Positions 1 through 18,211 of a stretch of DNA of 64,000 bases are shown piece after piece (the first letter of the stretch is position 1; every line of letters begins with the position of its first letter). The stretch is taken from positions 4,050,008-4,114,007 of the forward strand of contig NW_002060943.1 of assembly GCF_000150275.1 (NCBI RefSeq), written 5' to 3'. The position numbers and the translations under genes are program-made. Below the pieces are notes generated by a model. That model worked only from the letters and a program-made list of their open reading frames with translations. It had not been told where the DNA came from and did not search any database. Origin of the DNA: Trichoplax adhaerens (lineage: Eukaryota; Animalia; Placozoa).

Positions 1-1122
1 TACTAGTCTAAATCTTATGTAACCAAAAAATTATTTTGATAGCCAGCAAAATGTGATAGATGCTGCATAAGTATACATAAATTTATTGTGCAATTTTATT
101 ATTTGTACGAGAGCGAAATCTCAATTTCTTATTCATTTATCTATTCTATACCAATCTGAGCGATATATGTGTAGTTCATACTTGTCAATTTATTTTTACT
201 ACGTATGCGAGATAATCTTATAATCACGTACATCAATGACAATGACTAATGGTACAGCAATAATTCAATAGTCCATCATTTATGTTTTGTAATATTTTTA
301 TACGCTTATCCCTAAACTTGTTGATTACTAAAATATCTTAGCAATATTAAATTTCTTCATATATTAGTCAGAATGGATATCGAAAAATTTTTTTTTAAGT
401 TAATAGTTCAGAGATCTTTACGATTTATCTGTTAAAAATCCCTATAGACCTCGATATAATGCATGGAGTAAAACTGCTGTAGACGACCTCCTTCAGAAAA
501 AGGCATGTGCCGGTAATTTTACGATTTATCGAGGAGTGAATTCCGACGCAATACATAAGTCATGGATTGCAATTTTCATAAAAACTTAAGCTACTACTAA
601 CAATAAAAATTATGCAATCCTATTGATTGTGTACTGCAAAAATAACTATTCAGAGTTATTCCCAATTGTATTTCGTCAAATATACATTGAACTCCAGTAA
701 GAAATCTTCGCGAGCAAATTAGAATGTATATTTTGGATTGATGATTGTGCACAATCCTAAAACCTAACGGCTAAAAAGCATCAAGATGATAATTCATAAT
801 GTACAAGGAATAATTAAGTACAAATGATGATCGTCGGGTATACCAATTTGTCAACATTACTTTTTTACCTCGGTATATCTTTCTCGACTCATAAAGGCTG
901 AGACATATGCACATATAAATCGCATGAAATGAATTTGATTACAACTTAAGAAACTCAAGTAAAATAACGGCTTGATATATAACAAATATTGATTATGAGA
1001 ATCTGGTGCATCTTAATGAGTGTTACGATAAAACGAAGATAAGCCAGTAGGCCATAAAATCTAATCATCTCCGTAGTCATTACACGCCATACGTACGTAT
1101 AAATATTTCTAATAATTAATTT

Positions 1123-4100
1123 CTAAAAATGGTAATACGCTATATATAACGTTCGAAATACGTAGGCATGTAACAGAGAGACTATAAGCCCAATAAGGAC
1201 CCAATATCTCAAAGGTAGTCTGAACAGACCATCGTCATGAATTTTCCGGATATTAACTGGAAAAAAGTGACGGATTAGGTGACGGATTAGATTAGTACCA
1301 AGTAGGTCTACCCTAAAATTTAATCAAGGAAAAAATTTAATCTACCTGATGCTGCCTTTCTAGATCCTATAGAATTATTAAGCTGGGTATGTAACTTCAT
1401 TAGAATGGATTGGTGATTTGACAAGTACATAGCATTCTTTAGCAGATGTTGTGGATAGAGAAACTTACTGGACCTATAAATTTTGTAACAAAGCCTATAT
1501 AACTTAAGAACCAGCTAATAAATTAGATACTGTATCAACACCTTACGAAAGCTAAGCTTCAGTAGCTTACCCTATCAAATCAATTGACGAACATGAAGCA
1601 TCACATGCAAATAATGGATGTTTTCTTTCACTCAAGAAAGAGGAAACTTCAATAAATTTTCCTTTTACGACATTAACATCAACGTAACTTCCATTGTAGT
1701 ACAAATTTTCAAGGTAAACATCATCTTTTAACTTGATGATAGATTTCATTGGTAATTGTAGCTGATTTGAAGCGAACTTCAAACCAATGAGGCTTAATAA
1801 CATACCCAAATTAAAACTTGGTAGGCCTAATTAATTATAATTAATTATGATACATTTTAATGGTTGATCAACTTTCAGCTAGAAGCTGTATAAAGTAAAG
1901 AATGCTAATGAATTATTGCCATCAATGAATTGTTTCCCAAGAATATCAACAACAAAAGGAGGTAGTAACACTTCATTTTACTCTAGATATAAACAAATAC
2001 CTCGATTAAAAAATTGATCACAACCACCCTTCCGCAGTGCATACCGCCACGCCTTAAATAATTTTTTTAATCGCGGCATATTCGTCAACGAATACGGCCA
2101 TAACTTCTCATTATACCTAAACAGTAACAAATGTTAATAAAATAGGGGCTAAATTCAGATTATAACTAGAGCATAGATCTACAAACTTTTGCAAATCCTT
2201 AGATTGTCGCTAAATCATAATCGGTTTCTTTAATATGATATCATACTAACATGGTCATCGGAGCATCGTAACAGGTATAATTTAGTGAGTTTTTCCAAGC
2301 CAAATCTAATTGAGAGACAAATGCTCGGCGATGGAATGTATTGTTGTTATTGTTGCCATCAAGAGAGTACATCGACAGTAAATAGTATCTAATAGTTTTT
2401 TTTGCCATTTTATTACGATGATTTCCGATGCCATTAAATGAAGTCACCGCTAATCTTGGATGCCATATCTAAATTAACAGTCAGATAGAATTAATACAGT
2501 GGTGTAATTAAAATAGTATCGTATTTTGATTATGAATTAAAATAAATAAATAAAGTAGAAAAGAAAAGCCACAAATTGATATCTAACTACAAACAGGGCA
2601 GTAATCGTTCACCTGACGCCAAGCAGCAGAATGATCTTTACTTAATCGGGATGTATCTTTTATTGCTTGGTACAATTGCTGTATCATAAAATAGAAATTT
2701 AATATTTGATTGATCTACTGTAATATTAGAAGACGAAAATAAACAATAGTTTATTTATTTTAACTAACCTGTTGAGATAATGTTTGAGCAGTGTGCGATC
2801 TGTTTCCTTTCAAGATATGAAAAGCCGTGATGGTATCACCAGATTCAAAGCTAGTAAAATAGTACAGCAGTACAGCAATTCACAGCTTTTTTTAATTTCT
2901 AGTATTCTGGTATTGCGCGCAAAGGCTACATCCTCCTAATATCTATATATTTACATTACAAATTATACAGTAGTATTACCTCTGACTAAGAATATGAAGC
3001 GTCGCTGGTAAAGGCAGTTCTGCAACACCACAAACACCAGCGTAGACGTTACTCTGATAAAGCTGAAAAGCTCCAGTAAATATTAACTGATCTTTATCTG
3101 ACGCTTTTTGATTAATATTCGGCACTATCAAACTGGCACTACAAAATCAACCCGACGTTAACTTAATTTTTGTGATTCTATCAACACCATCTATAGTATA
3201 TTTACATAAATTATTAGACTCGAATACGAAATTTTGACAAATAATTATTCAAAACGTTAGCCTTACAATCATACATTTTAGGAAGCACTTACTCAACAGA
3301 ATGGCGTTTTAATTTTCGCTTATTTTTGTAGATTCTTGAAAGCGTCATAACTGCAGGTTGTGGTAGCGAGTTAGATATATGGTAATGTTGAATAATCACT
3401 TGATTTGTACGATGTACGACGATAGATTGTTGAATCAGTACACACCCAGCACCCTATTCAGCAGTATAAAGACAGAATTTATAAAGTCCAATTTGTATAC
3501 GTATACGCGTACATTAGTGGATATTCAAGGTGCTTCAACAATGTCATTTTATTCATTCTCACATATTCGTAGCTATAATATCTACTAATTGATTGTGATA
3601 ATAATATTGTTACGGGCAAATTTGTATTGTTACCGTTTCGTAAGAAGAAAATCGGTATAGTTTTCCCTCCTCTAGATTTATGATGCATATTTCTAGAAAC
3701 GTACTCAAAAGAATTAATAGGTGTAGCAGCTAGTAAATAAAATAGTTAAGATAGCTCTAACCAAATCTAACACTGAATCTTAAATTGCATACTACAAGAA
3801 TTGCAAATTTATTTAGGTACCTTCCGATTTTAAAGAAATGTTATCAACAGATACATTGAAATGGATAATAGGACTATAAGGTAAATCAATAGCCAAGTGA
3901 TCATGATCGATAGTGATTGCCGTATGGAATTGTTTCTTTTTATAGTAGACGCTAAGTTTTCCATTCCCTGGAAGTAAGTTATTCAATATGACAACAGTCA
4001 CCAGCATTTGCTTTATAGAACTATTGCTAAGACGAAAAGTAGCGGGCTAAGTGAAAATCACCAGACTGGTGTGCTACAGTACCTGCATAAGGAAAATATT

Positions 4101-6779
4101 GATGGCTGGCTGATTTCGGATTATAGATTATATAGTTTTCAAACTTAAGCTTCGCTATAAACTTGTTAACACTATCATCTAAACATGTTGATTCTAATTT
4201 AAGATTGAAAAATTGAAAAGAATTATTAGCATTTAAGCAAAGTGAAAAGTTATCAATTTATTCTTTCAAAATTTTACGTAAATCAAGACGTTAGATAATG
4301 ACGTACAGCATCTAGTGTCTTACCTGATAATAGCAAGGTCTCGGCATCTTTAAACCATGGAATATCGTTAATGTAGAAAACTAGCATTCCTATCAGGATA
4401 ACTGCTAGTATTGCTACGCGAATATACCTATAATTATATAATTGTATTTTTTTATTATCATAACCGCTGCAGTTTGGCAGTAACAAAAACGTAATTTTTA
4501 AGTGCTACGATACTAACGAAAACTACAATTCTCGACTTGAAAAGTTTATAAACAAGACATATGAAATTATATGACAGATAAGATCTATCTTAAACAACAT
4601 CTTAGAATATAACTCATCCACATTGATTTTTTTCAATGTTTAAAGTGCTACCGCAAAAAGAAATGCAAACAGCTGTAATAAATTTCCATGCACTTTTCCT
4701 CCTATTTCAGAAATTCCTCTACGACAGCAGATCATGGTTTGACGTCCTGATTATAGTGTGTAGGGATATTAGTTCACTATTATTTGAGACAGGCATATCA
4801 TACCAATAATATCATTTAGAAGAGTTTCAAGCCGTCATTAAGCTAATTTATCTGTAGTAATCTCGATTTAAGGCTAAAATCCGATTTTTCTAGCTATAAA
4901 ATATAATCTTTCATCATTTTGAGTGCTGTATATACGTACACATCATATAGATCTAAAATCTTTATCTATATCAATAACATAAACAGGGTCTTGAACATAG
5001 GCGTCCAGTATACGTTCTACGCGTATTGTCCAGTATTTCATTACATGGATCTTCCATAGCCGTTGTACATTCTTATTGACTACCGGTTGGCATATGGGTA
5101 TCATAAATATCCATAGCTTACCCTCTTTTTTTCAATCTAAATTTAAGAATTCTAAATAAAATTATAGTACTTCCTCATTTGAGATACACTCGTACTGTAT
5201 GTCACACAATGCCAATGGGCAATTCTACTCCATACATCATGATGTATGTACAGTATTTGTTTTACAGAATATCCATTGCCAGTAACATCAATTGCCACTA
5301 CTGTAACATTTCCCTTGCCACGTTGATGATACGATAGTAGGCATCAATATTTAATATCAATAATTTAGCTTTTCCACTAGCCAAGAGTTCTAGGTTTCAT
5401 GCTATATAAATGTATTTTCGTAAAGCTCTTTTGGGATTAAACATCATGTATTTGTAAGAAATGTGTTAACTGGTAGAAATCTACTAATTTCTCCTGCGAT
5501 AGACTGTAGAGTAGTGGTAGTAATTGAAGTGCTGGATGAACCCAGTGATTACGTACTAGTATGTGCAGCAGAACTGAATAATCCAGATCTTTAATCAAGA
5601 GCATAATAAAACTAGTAGATAGAATTATTGCCCTAATTATATCAGATCAATGTATGCAGTCATGGACTACTAAATATTCCCCACTGAGGAACATTTAGTA
5701 GTCCATGATGCAGTACAATAGAATCAGCGTTCCAAAGTCATGGTCATTTCATAGCTGCCGTATCCACGCTCTTGTTCTTTATAACTATACAGTATAGGAG
5801 TATTATGGTTAGCTGTAGCTTGAGTTCTTCTACGATTGTAAACAACTCCGAAGGATAAAAATTTCAGCAATCAAAAATCTTCTAATATAGCTATACCGAA
5901 GACAAAATCTGATATTAACATGGATCAAATTGCTATCATATCTACTGTACAGTATTTACATCTTATGATACGCTCAGTAACTTTCTGTGATTACTTTTCT
6001 TTCATGTATCGACAATAAATCAACAATGATGACGGAATTTTACTTTCTTTCAGGTCATTAAGTAATTTTTAATTTGCATTGGCCTGCCTATCTTTCTCTA
6101 TCAATAGAATTAATAGAAATGATTTATCATTCCCCTCGATTTTCAGTTTAGCGATGAATAATCCATAGCTGATATTGTCGGATAGAGAGGGCTAAAATTT
6201 TATGACGAATAACATCGTTTGCGTGGGTGATGCCCACCATTATCCTCCGACATAGAAACAGTAGTTGTACAGTAAGTACACTGTATAGGATGTCAAAGAC
6301 TTTGACTGTTCTCATCTTATTCCTTTATTGCTAATGTATTGAAAAATGAATTCTACACTGTATACTATCAACAGTGCAGGAGCTATTCTCCGACATAGAA
6401 ACAGTAGTTGTACAGTAAGTACACTGTATAGGATGTCAAAGACTTTGACTGTTCTCATCTTATTCCTTTATTGCTAATGTATTGAAAAATGAATTCTACA
6501 CTGTATACTATCAACAGTGCAGGAGCTATTCTCCGACACAGAAACAGTAGTTGTACAGTAAGTACACTGTATAGGATGTCAAAGATTTTGACTGTTCTCA
6601 TCTTATCCCTTTATTACTAATATTAGTATTGAAAAATAAATTCTACACTGTACACTATCAACAGTGGAGGAGCTATTCTCTATGATTTAGCCATTTGCAT
6701 TGCATCTTATAGGTTCATGTAGGCCTCTGATAGAGAGAGTTTGTAGCATTGCTTACCTAGCTGGAATAACTCGAGACAT
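1123..6779 (-). CDS. KIAA2013: KIAA2013 / DUF2152 family membrane protein (multi-exon; 5' exon uncertain)
   Basis: Spliced minus-strand exons give an N-terminal TM segment (YIRVAILAVILIGMLVFY, ~4430-4324), CVLIQQSIVVHRTNQVIIQHYHISN (~3455-3290), TIRYYLLS...LNYTCYDAPMTM (ORF 2241-2447), GMLLSLIGLKFASNQLQ...LFACDASC (ORF 1567-1809) and a C-terminal TM (LPLRYWVLIGLIVSLLHAYVFRTLYIAY, stop 1123-1125). These parallel recalled human KIAA2013 blocks (LYYMLS, GMVLSFGGLQF, IYACKAGC, GLPFLFWF...FHLFLFKLIYNEY). Preferred first coding exon is 6779-6757 (MSRVIPAR, AG|GTAAGC donor); alternative starts at ~4689 or ~6952. Confidence 0.8.
6246..6680. repeat. Tandem repeat, 143 bp x 3, near-identical
   Basis: TCCGACAYAGAAACAGTAGTTGTACAGTAAG... 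starts at 6246, 6389 and 6532; the third copy has a few substitutions and a small insertion. Lies in the inferred long 5' intron of KIAA2013. Confidence 0.95.
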
Positions 6780-7254
6780 TTCACTGCAAGATTTCAATAC
6801 CAAATCATACCATGGCCACGTTAATATTGAAAGTGAAGATTTGTTGTTTTGATTATTTCATTCTTTGCCTCTCTACTCGTCCAGTTTATTGTTGTTTTGG
6901 AGGGATTAGCTTACCATGAAGGTTCAAATGGCATATTGGTCATCTTTAACATGGCTTGAAAATCAATTTTTAAAGCAATTTTCTACGTCTATGAATTGAA
7001 ATTTCAGTGTAAAATTTGCTAAACTCCGTTCACTGAAGGGTCAATGAATATGGATGAAGATGGATCAAGTGTCTAATGACGTCATGTACAGATGAAGCAT
7101 GAAAAGTGAAGTTACAGAGTCAGTATGGTACAGTATAGCAAAGTTGAAGTTGACACTTAAAACGTAAGGTTGACACCCACGCTCGGAGCATCATTGCAGC
7201 AGGTGAAGCTAACAAAACACTCACCTGCATCGACTAAGTTACAAACGTCGAGTC

Positions 7255-7546
7255 CCCTGAGTACAGTGTGAGACTGTACAGTACTGTACACTGTACACTG
7301 TATATCTGCGCAGTCGCAGGGTACTGCGTTGGGTTGACACCATGGACAGTTGGACACGTCGATATCATGCTGTAGATCGAGTTGAGTCTGAACTCGATGG
7401 TTGATACGGCTAGAGGTAAAAAGTATAGTCACTGTGGTACTGTTACAGTAACATCATCATATTGTAATGGGGATCCTTTGCAAAGGGACCGGATCGGATC
7501 GGACCGGACCGCACTGTCATTGAACAGCAATCGGCAAGCAGCAATC
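7255..7546. promoter_or_regulatory. Putative bidirectional promoter KIAA2013/CPSF3 with TACAG/CTGTA block and (GGAYC)5
   Basis: Between divergent 5' ends, locally GC-richer. 16-bp palindrome TGTACAGTACTGTACA at 7275-7290, palindrome CCTTTGCAAAGG at 7475-7486, GGACC/GGATC x5 at 7486-7510. Confidence 0.55.
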
Positions 7547-12238
<4,692 letters not shown>

Positions 12239-13323
12239 GATTAGCTGTCGAATTACAAGTATCTAGTATTAGTGTTATAATAACAAATAAAGAGTGTTGC
12301 TTGACTTATCGATATAATTTAGTATTATATCCCTGTGTCAGTTGGTCTTAGCAATTTTCCATGTTGATGTTGTATATGACATACTCGTGTACATTTTTCA
12401 AGGTTTAGCACCTTTATTACTATTTGTATAAAAATCGCTTGTCACTATTATTTGTATTCTGTAAGTTTTTGTTCCGTATTTTAAAGTGTTTTTTTTTTTA
12501 ACTAAACTGTTAATAAGTCAATATATTGTAGAATGTCTGCAAAGAGCAAAGAAATTACTAAATTCATGGCAATAAACGTAGCAGATGCAACAATGTGCTA
12601 CCGTAATACGTATAAGGGTATTCATCAGTTTCTATCGAATAATTTATACAATTAAATTTTTCTTTCCATGATACAAATACTGTACGTTATATAGTAATGC
12701 ATTATATTGCAATTTAAAGCAAGTTATAATATGGGTAAATAAAAAGAAAGAAACAACAATTAAATTGCCAAGCCTTGTCTTTATTAGCTCACGGACATCA
12801 ATATCAGCAATATTAATTCAATAAATGTCCTTTCAATTACAAGGTAACCTTTAGTTAAAAGTGGATTCGAAATATTTATGATCTTGGTTGAAGTTATTTC
12901 ATACTGCGAATACCACATCGCGTCGAAGATATCCTTAAAAATAACTCTGTAACTAATTTAAGTTCTGATGATATGTGTTGTTAATAACAACCCCAGTATA
13001 AAAATATCTAGAAATGAATAATTTAAAGATCATTACGGTATTGTACGTATTTGAAAATCCATTACAAGCCAAGTGGACATACATTTTAGAAGTAATCGTT
13101 GCAAATCTTAAATACACGACATATATATCTATATGTTTTATAGGTTAGAATTTGCATGAGGTATTTACAACTTATACATATATCGCATGAAAAGAAATAG
13201 ATTTGTAATCAAGATTGATACTGAGTGGATTTTCTAGCGAAGTATATGTACGAATAATAGTTGATCTTTGCATTACGTTTTACTTTAGTGAATTGTATCA
13301 GTACATCACTAAACTCTTATTAA

Positions 13324-16261
13324 TTAATCAAATTTAACATAGTTAGCCGGGAATATACCGACTTTGCCGTTCAATTTACCCTCCCACCAGTCATCTTGAT
13401 CAGCAGTCCGGGTAATCACAGTAATTCTTTCTCCAACATCGAAAGATAGATCACACGGTTTCTCGCCTTGAAAAGGATATAATGTGGTAACAATTAAGTC
13501 ATTATTCCAATCTTGATCCATAGGGTAATTGCTAGCCGATTGACTAGATGGCATCCATAAAGGTGGAGCTGCTGCAGAACTGGCATTAGTACGTGTACTG
13601 GGTGTATATGCTGAAGCGCTTCTTGAGACAGCACTGCTCTTGGAACCGCTTGATTTCTTAGAACTAGCTGACCCACTACTCGACGATGAGCTCGATTTTG
13701 TCGGCTTTGAACTGCTATGCATCTTAGGAAGTCTAAAATTGGAACTGCGAGCAGGCGGCTGAGAACCAGCATTGTCAGCATCTTTCCTACTCTCCACAGT
13801 AGGTGGTATAGATGCTATTGGGAAATGATAGGATGGTTATTGCAAGTGAACAGAAGTTAAAGTACTGTAATTGATGATTCTAATCTAACAATATCTAAAA
13901 ATAAATGTAGCTGCTCTTAAAAAATATTGATGTATTACTTATGCGAAGTGTAATATGGATCATTCAACGAAGAAGTGGCATACCTCCTGGAGTTAGCTGA
14001 AGTTTCGCATCTCTATAAGCGATATAATTCTCTGCATGAATTTCGAGTGCATCATACAAGCGTTGAGCTTCACCAGGTTGAGGAATTTCGCCACTTAAAA
14101 TTTCCCTGGCACTAATCTCACCACCATAAAACCTAAAATAAATAACGAGTTTTATCATTCGTTCAATCCCTGTTCGCAATATCGTTCAGTTGTTGGAGAT
14201 GGAGCGATACTGTTATGGGCAACTAAAAATTGTATCAAATTAAGCTTTTCAATGTCCAATTATTTTTACCGACGATTGGTATCTTTTCGTTCTATTAATG
14301 CTGAGCCTTCTAAAGATATTCCCGCAAATAAGCCACGAGTTTTGCTATAAGTATATATAGCTGAAATTGATTTGACGGTTACATCGCCTTCAACATTTCT
14401 ACCGACAGGTCCAGCAGCAACGGAGATATTACCACCAAGAGTTACGTTACCATTTCTACTAAAAGCATCGACAGCCGCTTGTGAGTTTAGGACAATGACA
14501 AAATCTGTCAACTAGAATAAAATGAAAAGCTAGGATTAGTTAATTGCATCTGAAATAAGTAATGGCCAGAGCTATTAGCATTGATCAAGGTATCATTTGA
14601 TTTCAATTACTCAATCCAGTCATAGTAATATAACCCCGACAGTAAAATGGTTAGCAATTGTGATGATAAGCTGTAACTGACAAGTCTAGTGATTGCTTTA
14701 AAATACCTTTCGATGTATTCTTTAAAAGTCTACTGTATTTAATCTACTGTAGCTATCATTCTACTACTTACTAGGTGTTATCACTTAATCTAACTTGTTA
14801 GTCAACAACGCTTCCACAATTGTAAATACAGTATATAAACTGAACATTTATCATCTACGCGTGTAGACAGCGTGTAGACAAGATGACCAACACGATTGAT
14901 TGATATGATCGAATTTGAAACATTTTGATAGCAATAGTTAGGTTATCATTGGTTGATCCATTCTCACCTCGACTCCTATTTCAAAACCGCCTCCCAGACC
15001 AGCTAAACCAAGAGCTGATGGAGCCGACCATGCTGTCACAATAAAGAAAATAGAATAGTTTGGAATTAGCGCAAGGCATCAACACGTATACTGTAGTCTA
15101 TCCTGTGTTTCACTATTCAATTCAACTCAAAATTGAGAAGTTGATATTGAATAGATAATCATAATTTCAAGTTATCAATTAAAACTGTATAACTGACAGA
15201 CGATGGAAAACATCTGAATGTGGAAGACGCCTCATATAATGTATTTAAAATTGATATACTGGTACTTTTTATGCTAACGTATCATCATGATGACAGCGTA
15301 TCGTGGCGATATGGATAGGATACCTACCTTTCACTACGTGTATGTCTATCTGCCAGCAATTCTCGACATTATACTTTAACAAAGTGAACAGGGAATACCC
15401 GTAGCCCAATCATCACTGTCTCTGATGTTATTGATCGTATAAGACCAGCGAGAATTGTATATTTACGTGTAGCGTGATGATTTCACTCAATTGATCTATT
15501 CTGTCGTTAGGTATTTCTACTATACATTAAGTACTGTCAAAGTGTACTCGTACATGCTCTATGCTGGTAGTTAAGTCCATATTACCGTATCAGCACCAAA
15601 GTTCATAGCCTAACCGCCGTCACGGCGTCTATGGATATGATTGAATGATGTTGATCGTTTTATAACATTGCATTTTAGAATGGATCCATGTTATTCAAAG
15701 AGTATCTTTAGTCTATTAATAGAATGATACTGTGTATGCTGGCATGTTGGATACGCACATTCACTGTCGTACAGACAGAGAAGAGTAGAGTAGTGGTTGA
15801 TGATGAGGAAAACTGCTTTGATGAAGGTAAAATAAAACTCAATGAAAGCAGTCATCATGATAATCGAATGATATTATTGTTGAACGTCCATCAATAGCGG
15901 TGATAGTTTGGCAAGCCACTATGATCAGTAGGATAATTACAGTAATGGTCATGCTGTTCTGCCCTATGGTAGTGTATCATAATTGATTGTTGATGGCTGT
16001 AGAATGAATGTGTGTCAACATGTACATACTTCCTTCAGGAGTTCGAGCAATGACTAATCCAGAGCCGCCACGGGCAGTGACAAGAAATCCACCTTTGAAA
16101 ACAGTTAAAATAGCTAAACCTTTGGCCTTGACAATAATACCGGGTGGTATAATTTTGTCTATATATTTGGATTTTGGATCGCACTGGGTAAAATCCATTA
16201 AGATCCGACTGGCCTTTTTGGCTTCAGAGCGTAGCCCCTTTGGTATAGGATTATTCACCAT
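13324..16261 (-). CDS. SH3YL1: SH3 domain-containing YSC84-like protein 1 (SYLF + C-terminal SH3), 5 coding exons
   Basis: Exons ~16261-16030, 15032-14968, 14511-14270, 14132-13984, 13814-13324: MVNNPIPKGLRSEAKKA...KAKGLAIL...TARGGSG...WSAPSALGLAGLGGGFEIGVE...TLGGNISVAAGPVGRN...YTYSKTRGLFAGISLEGS. Ser-rich linker, then SH3 (LYPFQGEKPCDLSF...DDWWEG...GIFPANYV). Confidence 0.96.
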
Positions 16262-16659
16262 GATGAAATAGTTTGTTGCTACCAGACCATACAGCACAAA
16301 GGATCAACTACTTCAAGGCCAATGTTGACAAGCAACGGCAGTCAGTAATGGGTTAATTTCAGTCCACTGACTGTACGTAAGAGACAGTCAATGAACTCGC
16401 CACTAGCAATGGCTCCAGGGGGGAAAAAAATCAAATTGCCAGCAATGAAATGGATGTGCAATAATCTGTTTATACGTCTCCAAATTGAAATGGGAATGGA
16501 TGATTTCCTGCAGCAGAGGATTGCAGTGGAAATTGCGATCTGAGAAAGGTTGAGTTCGGTTCAATACTTTTATGATGTATGATCTATACTGGAAATGAGT
16601 CTCCCTTCCATTACGGGAGTCGTCCAAGTCAGAGTGTTGAGATTGAATGGACAGTGTGT

Positions 16660-17990
16660 CGTACTGTGCACTGTACACTGTAGACTGTGGAGGACAGTGG
16701 TGATACGTCTGTACAGATGTACAGACGTTTTCAAGCTTGTAGAAAGGTAGGGAACATCGCGGACTACGACAGTCACTGGTTGCCAACAAGTCCAGTAGAG
16801 TACCAGTACATGTATGTACTGTATTTAGTAGTCGATGGAAAAGAGTAGAGTAAAGCTGATTGGAGAACTAGTACTCTATGATGATGGATCATACAATACT
16901 AGTCAACGCGCTGCAACCTGGATCGCAAAATCACTCCAGTAGCCTTGGTGTTGAAAAGTACACGAAAAGTACACAGTACTGTATCAATGTTCCACATTCG
17001 TATTACAGGACACTATACAGTACTGTACTGAATGGAATGTGGAACATTCGATCATGTGTACTGTACGTACAGTACTGTACTGTGCAAGGCTGTGTACTGT
17101 ACACTGTACACTGTACAGACTGTACTGTACAGTACAGTACAGTACAGTGTACAGTACAGTCGTTTTACCGTACACTACAGTATACTGTACTGTACAGTAC
17201 TGTACTGTACTGTACTGCAGACTTATCCATGTTTCACATTCGATCACGTACTGTACTGTACAGTACAGTGTACTGTGCTAGTAGTCGATGGAAAAGAGTA
17301 CTGTAGAGTAAAGCTGATTGGAGAGCTAGTACTGAAGATGATGGATTATACTGTACTGTACAGTACAGTACTAGTCTAGTACTAGATCCATTGTTGCACA
17401 TTCGATCACGTACAGTACAGTGCATACAGCGTACAGTACAGTCGTTTTACAGTACTACATACTGTACAGAGCTGTGTACAGACTGTACTGTACAGTACAA
17501 CTTTAATTATTTTTGAACAAAGAGGAGACATCGAAAATAATCAGATTGTACAGTACTACAGTATATCCTATACTGTACAGTGTACAGTATATCATATCAC
17601 TATATCATACAGTACTGTACTGTATACTGTACAGTATCAATGTTCCACATTCGATCACGTACATACTGTACAGTGTACAGTACAGCCTTTTTACAGTACT
17701 ATATACTGTAAAGGGTTGTGTACAGACTGTACTGTGCTCTAGTGAACTGTAGTTCACTGCGTCAATGTTTGGTTACAGTACAGTACAGTACAGTCGTTTT
17801 ACAGCACTACACTATATTGTACTGTACAGTACAGTATACTGTACAGTACTGTGCTGTACTGTATGACTGTATCCATGTTCCACATGCCATGACGTACAGT
17901 GTACAGTACAGCCGTTTTACAGTACTACAAACTGTACACTGTGTACTGTACAATATCATCTACAGTACAGTACTCAGTGAATAGTACTGT
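16660..17990. repeat. Complex TACAG/TACTG pentamer satellite with degenerate ~160-250 bp higher-order unit, in the SH3YL1/JMJD6 divergent promoter
   Basis: Alternating (TACAG)n and (TACTG)n tracts. Anchor ATGTTCCACATTCGATCACGTAC-like motifs at 16987, 17229, 17391, 17640, 17875. CAGTCGTTTTAC-like motifs recur, and a ~65 bp block is duplicated at 16828 and 17281. Confidence 0.92.
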
Positions 17991-18211
17991 AAGCAACTGG
18001 GACAAAAACTAAATCTCCACAACTCATACTGAACAATGAATTCAATCGATATCGATAGACCCCAACGTCGAAGCCAATAGGAAAGGAGAGGGAAATCGTC
18101 AGCGACCGCCATTGGTTAGTGGTGCAGATAGCCTTGACTACTTGCACAATTTCTTTCTTGCTCCATTAGTCCAACATATCAAGTTCACGCCATTGATTTG
18201 GACCTGAAAGG

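Noticed and set aside
448-589. Possible plus-strand terminal exon (PRYNAWSKTAVDDLLQKKACAG...*) of a gene left of the window
   Set aside because: Acceptor and 46 open codons are present, but no recognisable homology and upstream exons cannot be seen.
1267-1295. GTGACGGATTAG x2 and similar 10-12 bp doublets (~14859, ~48811)
   Set aside because: Ordinary slippage duplications; no flanked insertion suggesting TSDs.
16987-17900. Constant anchors with variable spacers, superficially CRISPR-like
   Set aside because: Spacers are 140-230 bp low-complexity pentamers, repeats are degenerate, there are no cas genes, and the context is eukaryotic.
16878-17984. Many overlapping Y/C/T/V/Q/S-rich ORFs on both strands
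   Set aside because: Translations of the stop-poor TACAG/TACTG satellite; no splice or domain support.
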